A stretch of DNA of 64,000 nucleotides, from positions 32,001 to 96,000 of the forward strand of contig CAVPZX010000005.1 of NCBI GenBank assembly GCA_963710375.1, read 5' to 3'. The translations under genes were made by a program, and so were the position numbers. The notes under the pieces are model-generated. The model had not been told where the DNA came from, searched no databases, and was given only the letters and a program-made list of their open reading frames with translations. Shown here in pieces: positions 39,148 to 48,416 of the stretch (position 1 is the first letter of the stretch; each line of letters starts with the position of its first letter). This stretch comes from Nitrospirota bacterium (lineage in GTDB: Bacteria; Nitrospirota; Thermodesulfovibrionia; Thermodesulfovibrionales; Dissulfurispiraceae).

Positions 39148-40134
39148 CTAAGTTCCTTTGTACTGAGACAGCAGGCCGTGTATGTAGAGGTTCAAACTCA
39201 TGCCGATTTTCCTGGCACGTCGTTCGAGGTCGGCCTTTTCTGTTTTAGTCACGGTCATCGTGTACGGGTGCATCACCATGCCCTCCGGTTCTTCTTCGGG
39301 GGATAGCAGCTTGCGCACATACGCCTCTTTCTCTACTCCCGCGGCCTGTGCGGCGTCGACGATGGCCCGGTCCTCGTCGGCGTCATGGCCGTGCAGCCAG
39401 AATGTGAGTTTGACCTGCTCAGCGGACTCCCCGACTGTCCTCTTCTGCTCGATGACCGCCTTCGCTGCCTCTCGGACTTCGGTCTTGTTTACGCCACTGG
39501 CTATCTCGTCCTGTTGGGCGGGAGGCAGTTCTGCGACCTTGGCCGCCGTGTTAGCAGACAACGTCTTTTCTTTGACCGCTTTCTGTAACGCCGGCGTGCC
39601 CTTGGCGATGACCGTCTTTAGTTGTCTGTATTTGTCCTCTCCGACTCCGGCTGTGGCGGCCAGTGACTTTGTGGTATCAACCGGCCTGATGTTTGAAACC
39701 TTGCCGGATTTCCGGGAAGGCTTCGACGTCTTCCCCGCCGCCGCTAGGTTCGCCTTGGCCTGTTGTTCAAGCATGGGCCGTAGCTTTTCGGCAAGCGCGA
39801 TTTTGTCCAAGTCGGACAGGTTGCGCCGGCCGAACTGGTTCTTGATGATCCAGATTTTGACCTCGGTGTCGCTGGCGAACTGAATCTCATGCGTGCGGAA
39901 CTGTATGCCGTGTTTGTGACATATCTCGTACCGGTTGTGTCCGTCCAAGATGACTCCGGTCCCCCCCCACTCGACGAGGGCGTCCCGGCATCCCTCAGCT
40001 ACGATGCTCTGTTCGAGCCGTTCATACTCGTCGGCGGTCAGCTTGGGGATCAATGTCCTGAAGTCATCCCTGATCGTCATTTCCCTGAGTTCCCTGTGTC
40101 CTGCGTCCTGTGTTTTCTCCACTGCCGTTGCCAT
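39148..40134 (-). CDS. ParB-like N-terminal domain protein
   Basis: 'LTADEYERLEQSIVAEGCRDAL...ILDGHNRYEIC...NQFGRRNL', HTH-like middle, RHH-like C-terminus. Confidence 0.75.
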   Translation of the reverse strand: MATAVEKTQDAGHRELREMTIRDDFRTLIPKLTADEYERLEQSIVAEGCRDALVEWGGTGVILDGHNRYEICHKHGIQFRTHEIQFASDTEVKIWIIKNQFGRRNLSDLDKIALAEKLRPMLEQQAKANLAAAGKTSKPSRKSGKVSNIRPVDTTKSLAATAGVGEDKYRQLKTVIAKGTPALQKAVKEKTLSANTAAKVAELPPAQQDEIASGVNKTEVREAAKAVIEQKRTVGESAEQVKLTFWLHGHDADEDRAIVDAAQAAGVEKEAYVRKLLSPEEEPEGMVMHPYTMTVTKTEKADLERRARKIGMSLNLYIHGLLSQYKGT

Positions 40135-40135
40135 G

Positions 40136-40438
40136 TCAGTTCCCCCCTTTTGGCTTTAGCTTGACGAGACAAATGTCCGCCGGAAACATATCTGTGCTTG
40201 CAACAAAGTCGGCAAGGCACTCCGCACAAACCACATAGACAGCTTCGCCAGCCAATTCTCCGTTGATGTACATTGTAGCGACTTCTCCCAGTCCGCCGTC
40301 GCAACGCTGACAAACGCCCCTGTAAGTCGGGGCACCCTCAGGAAACCTTGCACCACTGTCAATGGCAGGCAACCTGCCTTGCTTATCCTCGCACAAATCC
40401 ATTATGCCGAGACCGTACTTTCTTGTGTTCTTCCTCAT
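40136..40438 (-). CDS. hypothetical Cys-containing protein
   Basis: 'CQRC...CAEC'; tightly packed in the operon. Confidence 0.55.
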   Translation of the reverse strand: MRKNTRKYGLGIMDLCEDKQGRLPAIDSGARFPEGAPTYRGVCQRCDGGLGEVATMYINGELAGEAVYVVCAECLADFVASTDMFPADICLVKLKPKGGN

Positions 40439-40440
40439 AT

Positions 40441-40770
40441 CTATTTCCCCCCCTTATTGTTTTTTTTACTCGTCCTGCTTGCTGTGATCGTGCCGTTGAA
40501 TCCATTGCAGTACGCTCGCAGCATCTCGTCAGTGACTCCCCCGACGAACTTGAAATGCCAGTCGAGGTCTTTACGACTTTGCCGCGCGATGTCCGTGACG
40601 TCCATGTTTTTGGCGATCTTGTGAGTCGCCAACGTTTTTTGTGCGTAACGAACTCCCATGCCGTGCGCGACCTCTGCATAGGACTGTCCCGTGACGGGGT
40701 CGATGGTGGATTTTACTGTTGAAGGGTTTACTGCTGTTTTGTTGCTGCCGGTGTTGTAGTTGGGTTTCAT
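40441..40770 (-). CDS. hypothetical protein, first gene of the minus-strand operon
   Basis: AAGGAG RBS before the ATG at 40770. Confidence 0.6.
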   Translation of the reverse strand: MKPNYNTGSNKTAVNPSTVKSTIDPVTGQSYAEVAHGMGVRYAQKTLATHKIAKNMDVTDIARQSRKDLDWHFKFVGGVTDEMLRAYCNGFNGTITASRTSKKNNKGGK

Positions 40771-41306
40771 GGCAAAATCTCCTTTGAAAACGACAGCAAA
40801 CACAGTTGTGTCACTGTCATTCCCGGCGGAGATTTTGCCCTAGGCCCCCTTGAAGATCATCCCTGATCTCTTCGGCCCTCGATTATCATGGTGCCCGCCG
40901 TCAAGTCTCTCGCCGAAGGCGAGGATTAGCACCTATGATTCTACTCACCCGCTTCGCCGGACTTACGCTATGCTCGTGCTGCCGTTATTTCGGGCTTACT
41001 GCTCACTGCGAAACTTAGCTTAGCACATCGATGTCAAGGCATGCGTGAAAACGCCCCCACGGCCCGGCCCTGGCCGTTCTTTGATGTCCTCGCCGAGCCC
41101 CGAGGCGGCGCGGCCTAAGTACCGCCGATCAAGACATACCAGGATAAGGGCACCCCGCTTTTGATGCCCTTCCTGACCTTCTCCTCGCGTCCGCTTTCTT
41201 CTGATCTGGCCGTTTTCACGGGTTCCGGCCCCGATCTATGGTATTATGTTCTGCGACTGCGCTACTATACTGTCGCCGACATCGAACGAAAGGGGGGCTT
41301 GAGACG

Positions 41307-42788
41307 ATGGGAAAGCTTACGCCAAAGGGTAGAGGCTATGAGAAAGACGAGACGATACTAATCGGCGAACAAGATCGCAACAAGCAACCTCGCACCGGCC
41401 TTCCTGGGCGGATATACATCGACGGACAGTATGTCGAGCGGTGTCCCTACGTCGGCGGCCACACGTGGGTCGTCAACGACGAAAACGCGAAGTGGATATG
41501 CAAGGAGTGCGGCTATGTCCCGCCCGCATATCTGATCGATGTCGTGGATCACAAGACAGTCGTTGACATCATGGACAAAAAGACCGGCAAGCCGGTCCTT
41601 AACAAGGACGGCTCGCCTAAAAGGCGTTTTGCTCGTGTCCGCATTTTCAACGACGCCCTCGGCGTCCGTCTCACTTCATATAGACAGGCCCTTTACACTT
41701 TGGAGCAAGTCCGACATGAGATAGCCGCCGAGACATTCACCCCGGCAATATACTCCAAACGAGCCGCCAAAGAGTTGTACTTCGAGACGCTTTGCGACGA
41801 GCTTTTCACGCTGAAAAAAGCTCTTAAACGGCTGGCGCCTTCATATGTCAAAGACTATCGGCGCTACTGCTCGTCGCATAAGACATATTTCAGGGGCCGT
41901 CGAGTCGGCGACATCACGACAGCCGACATATCGAGCTACGAGGCATATCTAAGGACGCCGCCCGCCGAATGGTCCGACATATATATCAAGCGGTATATGG
42001 ACCACCTGAAAAGCGTCTTTCTCTGGCTGTACAGAGACAAGAAGGCGATAAAAGAAATGCCACGCTTCGAGAAGATCAAAGCCATGGCAGGAGCGGGCAC
42101 CGGCACTTACATGCCCGCTCCTGCACAAGCCGCCGTCCTCGCCATGATCGACAACGAAGCGGACCGGCAGTTTGTCCGGTTCCTGATGCTCCATGGCCGT
42201 AGGCCCAGCGAAGCAAGGGCCATGAAGAAGAAAAGCATCGTGCCGCTTGCCAAGACGATAACTATCAGCGAGCATTTTTCCGGCAACACCATTGTCCCCG
42301 GCGTCAAAAGCCGCGTTGAACAGCAGGTCATACCGATGCACCCGGAGATGGCCGGATGGCTCATTGCCCGTTGGGACGGGCTTGACGATCCAGAGGCGTT
42401 TATATTCGTCAATCCTCACGCTAACGGCGGACGTGGCGGCCATATCGACGAAAACAGCCGTCGTCCGTACACTGCGGATGCGGCATACAAGCTGTGGCGA
42501 CGAGTTCGCAAAGCCTGCAAGCTCCCTCAAAGTATGCGGATGTACGATGCCACCAGACACAGTGCGGGTACGCAGATGTCGCAAGCGGGGTTGAGTGCGA
42601 AGTCGATCTCAATGCTCCTCGGCAACACGCCCGCAACGGCCTCGAAGCACTATATACATGACGATCTCGAACACGCGCGCGAATGCCTCTCGGTGCTGAC
42701 AACGGAAGCCCCGAAGAAGGCCCCGAAACTCACAGTTGTCAGTAAAGTGTCAGTAGGGGGTAAGGGTCGTCCGCAAAGCAAGGAATGA
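41307..42788 (+). CDS. int: tyrosine recombinase/integrase
   Basis: 'HGRRPSEA' (R), 'VKS' (K), 'YDATRHS' (R), 'LLGN...KHY' (Y); ends 21 bp before the right att core. Confidence 0.9.
   Translation: MGKLTPKGRGYEKDETILIGEQDRNKQPRTGLPGRIYIDGQYVERCPYVGGHTWVVNDENAKWICKECGYVPPAYLIDVVDHKTVVDIMDKKTGKPVLNKDGSPKRRFARVRIFNDALGVRLTSYRQALYTLEQVRHEIAAETFTPAIYSKRAAKELYFETLCDELFTLKKALKRLAPSYVKDYRRYCSSHKTYFRGRRVGDITTADISSYEAYLRTPPAEWSDIYIKRYMDHLKSVFLWLYRDKKAIKEMPRFEKIKAMAGAGTGTYMPAPAQAAVLAMIDNEADRQFVRFLMLHGRRPSEARAMKKKSIVPLAKTITISEHFSGNTIVPGVKSRVEQQVIPMHPEMAGWLIARWDGLDDPEAFIFVNPHANGGRGGHIDENSRRPYTADAAYKLWRRVRKACKLPQSMRMYDATRHSAGTQMSQAGLSAKSISMLLGNTPATASKHYIHDDLEHARECLSVLTTEAPKKAPKLTVVSKVSVGGKGRPQSKE
42736..42756. 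repeat. candidate integrase arm-type site (right)
   Basis: ttgtcagtaaagtgtcagtag, 20/21 identical to 21436-21456. Confidence 0.7.
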
Positions 42789-42809
42789 CGCGGGTTCGCA
42801 AAAGGCAAC

Positions 42810-42834
42810 GCGGGTTCGAGTCCCGCCTTCGGCA
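42810..42834 (+). repeat. right attachment-site core (duplicated tRNA-Leu 3' end)
   Basis: Identical to 21357-21381. Confidence 0.9.
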
Positions 42835-42985
42835 TATTTTATTTTCCGGCTAATTGAAAACGCCTGCCGAAATTATCCCAATTCCGAAGAAAAAGAAGCA
42901 CGCAGAGTCTGAGCAGACCTGACGTATTTATTATACTGTGCTAAAATTACATCAGACTGCCATAAATTTAAGGGGGGAATGACAC

Positions 42986-43186
42986 ATGTTAAGCACCGTT
43001 AAAATAAAAATTACACCAAAGGAACTGATAGACGCTGTAAAAGAGATGAAGAAAAAAGAAAGGGATGCCTTTCTGGAAGACCTTCTTGCTTCCACATCGC
43101 CGGAATATCTTCAGAGCATCAAAGAGGCTAGGGCCGATTATAAAGCCGGCAGAACGAAAACGCATACAGAGGTTTTCGGTAATTGA
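42986..43186 (+). CDS. putative antitoxin
   Basis: 'SPEYLQSIKEARADYKAGRTKTHTEVF' resembles RelE-partner antitoxin C-termini. Confidence 0.65.
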   Translation: MLSTVKIKITPKELIDAVKEMKKKERDAFLEDLLASTSPEYLQSIKEARADYKAGRTKTHTEVFGN

Positions 43187-43314
43187 GCTATGAGTTCGTT
43201 TATACCCGCAGGGCTGATAGAGATATTCAAAAGCTCGATGAGTTAACAAAGAAGCGAATCGGTAAAACCCTCCTTAGATATGGCGAAGACCCTAAAAACA
43301 AAGTTCTTACTTAA
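43183..43314 (+). pseudogene. truncated RelE/ParE-family toxin
   Basis: MSYEFVYTRRADRDIQKLDELTKKRIGKTLLRYGEDP then a stop after 43 aa. Confidence 0.65.
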
Positions 43315-43549
43315 ACAATAAAGTTCTTACATATTGGCTGGGTCCGCACTGTTATCCGCAGACACGAAGGTCGTGTCAGACAAAATCCTATGCTTTTTTA
43401 GGCTATTTCCTACATAAATATCGGTCACAGACTGATTCCATAAGAGTTCCTGATGTTTTAGACTTGTAACGATTACATATGCAGAAGGCAGGCTGATATT
43501 GGTCTTTCAATCAATTAAGAATTTGAATTATTTAATAAGGAGGAGTGCC

Positions 43550-43873
43550 ATGTTAATGAATTTAAAAACTGATGGAACTGTTAAATCCAGTATTAAGAAA
43601 AAAGCACCGGGTGCACAGATTAAAGTACTCGCAGAAGCAATATTATTACAGTCAATGGAAGATCTGTGGATCGATGAAGAAAGATCAAACTGCATAGACT
43701 TTTTTAGCGGAGAAGGGTTTCGAGTTTGTTCAGAAATCGCCGGGATGAATTCTGATGACAAGGTAAAAATACTGAATATGGTCGGAGATATTACTTTTCA
43801 AAATGCACGGAAAAACAAAAAACATAGAGTTATAAGAGCTGATCGGGGTGAGGTTTATGAACTTGTAGGATGA
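43550..43873 (+). CDS. hypothetical protein
   Basis: AGGAGG RBS; 'LAEAILLQSMEDLW...CIDFFSGEGFRVCSEIAG'. Confidence 0.6.
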   Translation: MLMNLKTDGTVKSSIKKKAPGAQIKVLAEAILLQSMEDLWIDEERSNCIDFFSGEGFRVCSEIAGMNSDDKVKILNMVGDITFQNARKNKKHRVIRADRGEVYELVG

Positions 43874-43997
43874 AATATAAAAACAGTTTGGAGGCATACG
43901 ATGGCCTGTCCTTTTTAAAAGGAGTTTATGCAGGTCATTTCAGTGCATGTGATTTTCCTTATAGTCCGCGCATCACCCAAAAATAATTGAGGCCGAA

Positions 43998-44651
43998 TTG
44001 AAATTGAATCTGGAACAGTTGCATGACCTGTGTATAAGACAGCAGCACTTGAGAGAGAAGGAGCGGGCGAACGTGGCCCGTCAAATACATGACGAACTGG
44101 GGCAGATAATGGCTGCGGTGAGAATGAATGTAGCGTGGATACAAATGGAGTGTCCCGACCACAAAGGGATTGTTGAGAAGTCATCTGAAATTTTAGAGCT
44201 TATCGACGGTACTATAAAATCTATCAGGAGGATATGCACGGAACTGCGGCCGGATGTGCTGGACCATCTGGGGCTCGGGGCTGCAATCGAGTGGGAGGCC
44301 GCAGAATTCGCTAAAAGGTCGGGAATTCCGTGCGAAGTTAGTGTGGAAGAGGGCTTTCAGATGGACGGCGACCGCTCCATTGCCCTGTTCAGGATATTTC
44401 AGGAGGCATTGACAAATATACTGCGCCATTCAAATTCAACAAAAGTAACGGCAAGCCTGGAAGAAGAAGATAATAAGATAATACTTGAAATCACAGATAA
44501 CGGCAAAGGAATTACTGAAGAAGAGATTTCAAACCCTAACTCCTTCGGGCTTTTAGGCATGCGTGAACGTGTCTATCCATGGGGAGGAAGCGTCAATATT
44601 AGCAGCCCAAACAAAGGCACCAGAATCGAAGTAATCTTACCACAAGGATAA
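43998..44651 (+). CDS. NarX/UhpB-type histidine kinase core (HisKA_3 + HATPase), no sensor domain
   Basis: 'ARQIHDELGQ', 'QEALTNILRHS', 'DNGKG', 'FGLLGMRER'. Confidence 0.85.
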   Translation: MKLNLEQLHDLCIRQQHLREKERANVARQIHDELGQIMAAVRMNVAWIQMECPDHKGIVEKSSEILELIDGTIKSIRRICTELRPDVLDHLGLGAAIEWEAAEFAKRSGIPCEVSVEEGFQMDGDRSIALFRIFQEALTNILRHSNSTKVTASLEEEDNKIILEITDNGKGITEEEISNPNSFGLLGMRERVYPWGGSVNISSPNKGTRIEVILPQG

Positions 44652-44813
44652 ACCGGGCTATTCAAAGCTTTCCCTCCCGACCGCTACAAATCTCTTATTT
44701 GTCCATGATATACTCTTTAATGTTTTGGTAATGTCGCCCGTAAGTTGACGCCTGTAAACAGCTGCTATAATTTATGCACTTGTCACGATAGATTCCAGGA
44801 TTGAGGAGATTGA

Positions 44814-46046
44814 GTGAAGGAAAGCAAACTGCTTTCAAAAAGAGATATTGAGAAGGTCAGCGGTTTTTTTGGCTTCGGAAAGAATGTCATTGTTGCCGGA
44901 CTAGTCAGTTTCTTCATGGACATAAGCTCTGAGATGATCTACCCTATTGTTCCGCTTTTTCTTGCAAGCGTCCTAGGGGTTAACAAGTCGGTCATAGGTC
45001 TTATAGAGGGTATTGCAGAATCGACCGCAAGTCTGGTCAAGGTTGTCTCCGGCTGGTTCTCGGATAGGATGGGAAATCGCAAGTGGCTGATGGCTGCCGG
45101 ATATGGAATATCAACATTAAGCAGGCCGATTGTTGCGCTTGCTACAGGTTGGCACCATGTTATGGGCTCTCGCTTTTTGGACAGATTCGGCAAGGGGGTC
45201 CGCACCGCTCCCCGAGACGCCATTATTGCAGAGTCTGCAGACAAATCATATCTCGGGAAAACATTCGGATTTCAGCGGTCGATGGATTCTATGGGCGCTG
45301 TAGTAGGGCCAGCGCTGGCCTTTTTTCTGCTGGGAATTCTTTCAAACGATTATAGAAAGATATTCTGGCTCTCAATGATACCGGGAGTCGTTGCTGTGCT
45401 GCTGATAATATTTTTCATCAGAGAAAAGAGGAAGTTTGTTACTGTTCATTCACCTAGGCCGAAACTGACACTCAGACAATTTGACGGGAAGTTCAAGTTT
45501 TTTGTTATTATCGCAGCCTTGTTTGCCGTCGGTAATTCGAGTGACATGTTTTTGATCCTCAGGGCCCAACAGGTTGGTGTTTCAACAGTGATGATCCCTA
45601 TGGTCTATCTGTTGTTCAACCTGGTCTATTCACTTTCGTCTATTCCTGCCGGCATGGCAGCTGACCGGTTCGGCAAGGATCGGATCATCCTCCTGGGATT
45701 TATCTTGTTTGCACTCCTGTATTATGGATTTGCAGTAGCCCAGGACACAAAGACAATCTGGTTCCTTTTCTCACTATACGGACTTTTCATGGGCCTCACT
45801 GACGGCGTTCAGAGAGCCTTTCTTGCTACAATCATTCCCGTGGATTTTATGGCGACTGCCTTCGGATTCTACAATACTGTTGTGGGCCTTGCCATGCTCC
45901 CTGCAAGCTTCATCGGAGGATGGCTTTGGGACCGGGTCTCACCGTCTGCCACATTTTATTTCGGGGCAGCTACGGCAGCGGCGTCTGCTGTATTGTTTAT
46001 AGTGCTCATAACAGTATTCAAAAGAAGGGATGCAACGCAGCCTTAG
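44814..46046 (+). CDS. MFS transporter
   Basis: Multiple TM segments; 'DRFGKGVRTAPRDAII', 'GNSSD'. Confidence 0.9.
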   Translation: MKESKLLSKRDIEKVSGFFGFGKNVIVAGLVSFFMDISSEMIYPIVPLFLASVLGVNKSVIGLIEGIAESTASLVKVVSGWFSDRMGNRKWLMAAGYGISTLSRPIVALATGWHHVMGSRFLDRFGKGVRTAPRDAIIAESADKSYLGKTFGFQRSMDSMGAVVGPALAFFLLGILSNDYRKIFWLSMIPGVVAVLLIIFFIREKRKFVTVHSPRPKLTLRQFDGKFKFFVIIAALFAVGNSSDMFLILRAQQVGVSTVMIPMVYLLFNLVYSLSSIPAGMAADRFGKDRIILLGFILFALLYYGFAVAQDTKTIWFLFSLYGLFMGLTDGVQRAFLATIIPVDFMATAFGFYNTVVGLAMLPASFIGGWLWDRVSPSATFYFGAATAAASAVLFIVLITVFKRRDATQP

Positions 46047-46148
46047 AGGAACAGCCCTTACTCTTTTCAATCTTTTATTTGACCCCGAAGTTTTAATCAT
46101 TGTAAACTTCTTTGTTACGCAAATCGCACTTTTCACGGGGGAATCATT

Positions 46149-47315
46149 ATGAAAAAAAAAGTATTTCTAACGGTCGCCATATTTTTGATGGGACTTGTCC
46201 TTGCAGGATGTCAAAAAGTAAACGATAACACTATCAAGGTCGGTTTGATAGCAGAATTGACAGGCGATATGCCGGCTGTTGGCGCATCATGCAAGAACGC
46301 GGCTCAAATGGCTGTCAAAGAAATTAATGACGCGGGAGGTATAGACCTCGCCGGCAAGAAATACAAAGTAGAACTCTTTATTGAGGACAGCGCCGGCAAG
46401 CCTGACCAGGCGGCGTCATCTGCGCAAAAGCTGATTACTGAGCAGGGGGTCTTGGCGATAGTCGGCCCGAATTCCAGCAGCAATGCCATTCCCGCGTCCG
46501 AAATTGCTGAAAGTTCAAAGGTAGTTCTTATAACCCCATGGTCTACGAACCCTAAGACTACCCTTGACGCAAAAACCGGAGCGCCTAAGAAATTCGTTTT
46601 CCGCGCTGCCTTTATTGACCCATTCCAGGGCCGTGTACTGGCGAAATTCGCCTTAGATACCATGAAGGCCAAGAAGGCGGCGGTTCTCTATGACGTTGCC
46701 TCTGACTACAACAAAGGCATCGCTGAATTCTTCAAAACAACATTTGAAGAAAACGGTGGAAAGGTCGTAGCCTTCGAATCTTACACTACAAATGACAAGG
46801 ATTTTTCAGCGCAGTTGACCAAAATCAAGAACGCTTCACCGGACGTGATCTTCCTGCCGAACTATTATAATGAGGTGCCGTTGCAGGTCCAGCAGGCCCA
46901 CAGGCTCGGAATGGAAATGCCTTTCCTCGGCAGCGATTCATGGGGCAGCCAGGACCTGGTCAAGCTCTGCGGCAAGGATTGCGAGGGATATTATTTCAGC
47001 ACCCACTATTCAGCCGAATCCGCTGCGCCTGCCGCTAAAAAATTCATTCAGTCTTATGATGCGATTTATGGCAAGACACCTGATGACGTGGCTGCTTTGA
47101 CATACGACTCCTTTGGGCTTCTTCGTCAGGCACTCAGCATTGCGGGCAAACTTGACCGCCAGGCGCTGCGCGATGCTCTTTCAAAAATTCCGGCCTACGA
47201 TGGTGTCACAGGAAAGATGCAATTCAAGGAAGGTTCAGGAGACCCGATTAAAAGCGCTGTTATATTGCAGATAAAAGACGGGAAATTCGTCTGGTTCGCC
47301 AATGCCCAGCCATAG
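46149..47315 (+). CDS. livK: branched-chain amino acid ABC substrate-binding lipoprotein
   Basis: Lipobox LAGC, type I periplasmic binding protein motifs, heads the liv operon. Confidence 0.85.
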   Translation: MKKKVFLTVAIFLMGLVLAGCQKVNDNTIKVGLIAELTGDMPAVGASCKNAAQMAVKEINDAGGIDLAGKKYKVELFIEDSAGKPDQAASSAQKLITEQGVLAIVGPNSSSNAIPASEIAESSKVVLITPWSTNPKTTLDAKTGAPKKFVFRAAFIDPFQGRVLAKFALDTMKAKKAAVLYDVASDYNKGIAEFFKTTFEENGGKVVAFESYTTNDKDFSAQLTKIKNASPDVIFLPNYYNEVPLQVQQAHRLGMEMPFLGSDSWGSQDLVKLCGKDCEGYYFSTHYSAESAAPAAKKFIQSYDAIYGKTPDDVAALTYDSFGLLRQALSIAGKLDRQALRDALSKIPAYDGVTGKMQFKEGSGDPIKSAVILQIKDGKFVWFANAQP

Positions 47316-47519
47316 GGCTCGCGAATGAATAACTTGTGCATTCAGGCGCTCAGATTTGGGTCAGATTTGGCTGATCCGATTGAGCAAAACCGCAAGCGTA
47401 GCACAGCTACGTTCTGCCCCAAAAAATCTAGCGATTTTTCGGGGACCCCGAAAAGTCGGCAGACTTTTGGGGGTATCTATGTGATGCATCAATGTACAAG
47501 TTATTTATTCGAGAGCCCT
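47314..47519. mobile_element. MITE-like element with nested palindrome
   Basis: TIRs agggctcgcgaatgaataacttgtgcatt / aatgtacaagttatttattcgagagccct (3 mismatches). Confidence 0.7.
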
Positions 47520-47533
47520 GAGGGGTCAAACGC

Positions 47534-48409
47534 TTGATATACATTTTTCAGCAGGCTCTCAATGCCCTTCAACTCGGCAGCATATACGCCCTTATAGCCC
47601 TTGGCTACACAATGGTTTACGGAATACTGTCGATGATCAACTTTGCTCACGGCGATTTCTTTATGGTAGGGGCGTTTTTGTGTTTCATTGTAGCGACTTT
47701 TATGCAGCTCCCTTTTGTGCCCGCTCTTCTCATATCAATGGCAGGCGTGGCTTTGCTTGGGGTGATCGTCGAGCGTGTAGCATACAAACCGCTCCGTCAG
47801 GCGCCAAGAGTTTCCGCTATCATAACGGCGCTCGGGGTCGGGATTTTCCTCGAAAATTTTACTCTCGCACTCAGTCCCTATCCGAAACATATCCCGGTGA
47901 TGATTGAGAACACCACGGTTTCACTCGGCGGCGTGACTATTTCATCCCTGCAGATAATAATTATTGTCCTGTCTGTAGTGCTGATGACGTTTCTGCACTT
48001 CATTGTGCAGCATACAAAAGTGGGGATGGCCATGCGCGCCATTGCATGGGACAAAAGCGTGGCGCCTCTTATGGGGGTGCCTGTAAACTACATAATTTCT
48101 ATCACCTTTGCATTGGGCAGCGGTCTCGGCGGAGTGGCCGGTATGCTATACGGTATGGCATACCCTGTCATAGACCCATATATGGGGATAATCGTTGGAT
48201 GGAAGGCATTCATTTCAGCAGTAATTGGGGGGATCGGGAATATCCGCGGGGCAATGGTCGGCGCGTATATCCTAGGTTCCGTGGAAGTGCTGGTTGCAGC
48301 TTTCTTACCATCCACTTATCGCGATTTCGTGGCATTCTCCCTCTTGCTTATCCTGCTGATCTTCAGGCCATACGGCATTTTCGGAAAACCGAGAACGCAA
48401 AAAGTATGA
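47534..48409 (+). CDS. livH: branched-chain amino acid ABC permease
   Basis: 'GSIYALIALGYTMVYG...INFAHG'. Confidence 0.9.
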   Translation: MIYIFQQALNALQLGSIYALIALGYTMVYGILSMINFAHGDFFMVGAFLCFIVATFMQLPFVPALLISMAGVALLGVIVERVAYKPLRQAPRVSAIITALGVGIFLENFTLALSPYPKHIPVMIENTTVSLGGVTISSLQIIIIVLSVVLMTFLHFIVQHTKVGMAMRAIAWDKSVAPLMGVPVNYIISITFALGSGLGGVAGMLYGMAYPVIDPYMGIIVGWKAFISAVIGGIGNIRGAMVGAYILGSVEVLVAAFLPSTYRDFVAFSLLLILLIFRPYGIFGKPRTQKV

Positions 48410-48416
48410 GGAAATA

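Larger units (their letters stand above)
21357..42834. mobile_element. integrative mobilizable element inserted in tRNA-Leu
   Basis: Perfect 25-bp direct repeat gcgggttcgagtcccgccttcggca at 21357-21381 and 42810-42834; integrase, relaxase/MobC and RepL-like genes inside; no T4SS or capsid genes recognised. Confidence 0.9.

Noticed and set aside
21382..42809. Prophage or full ICE interpretation
   Set aside because: No terminase, capsid, tail, VirB4 or coupling-protein motifs recognised
47325..47537. 70-aa ORF between livK and livH
   Set aside because: Coincides with the MITE
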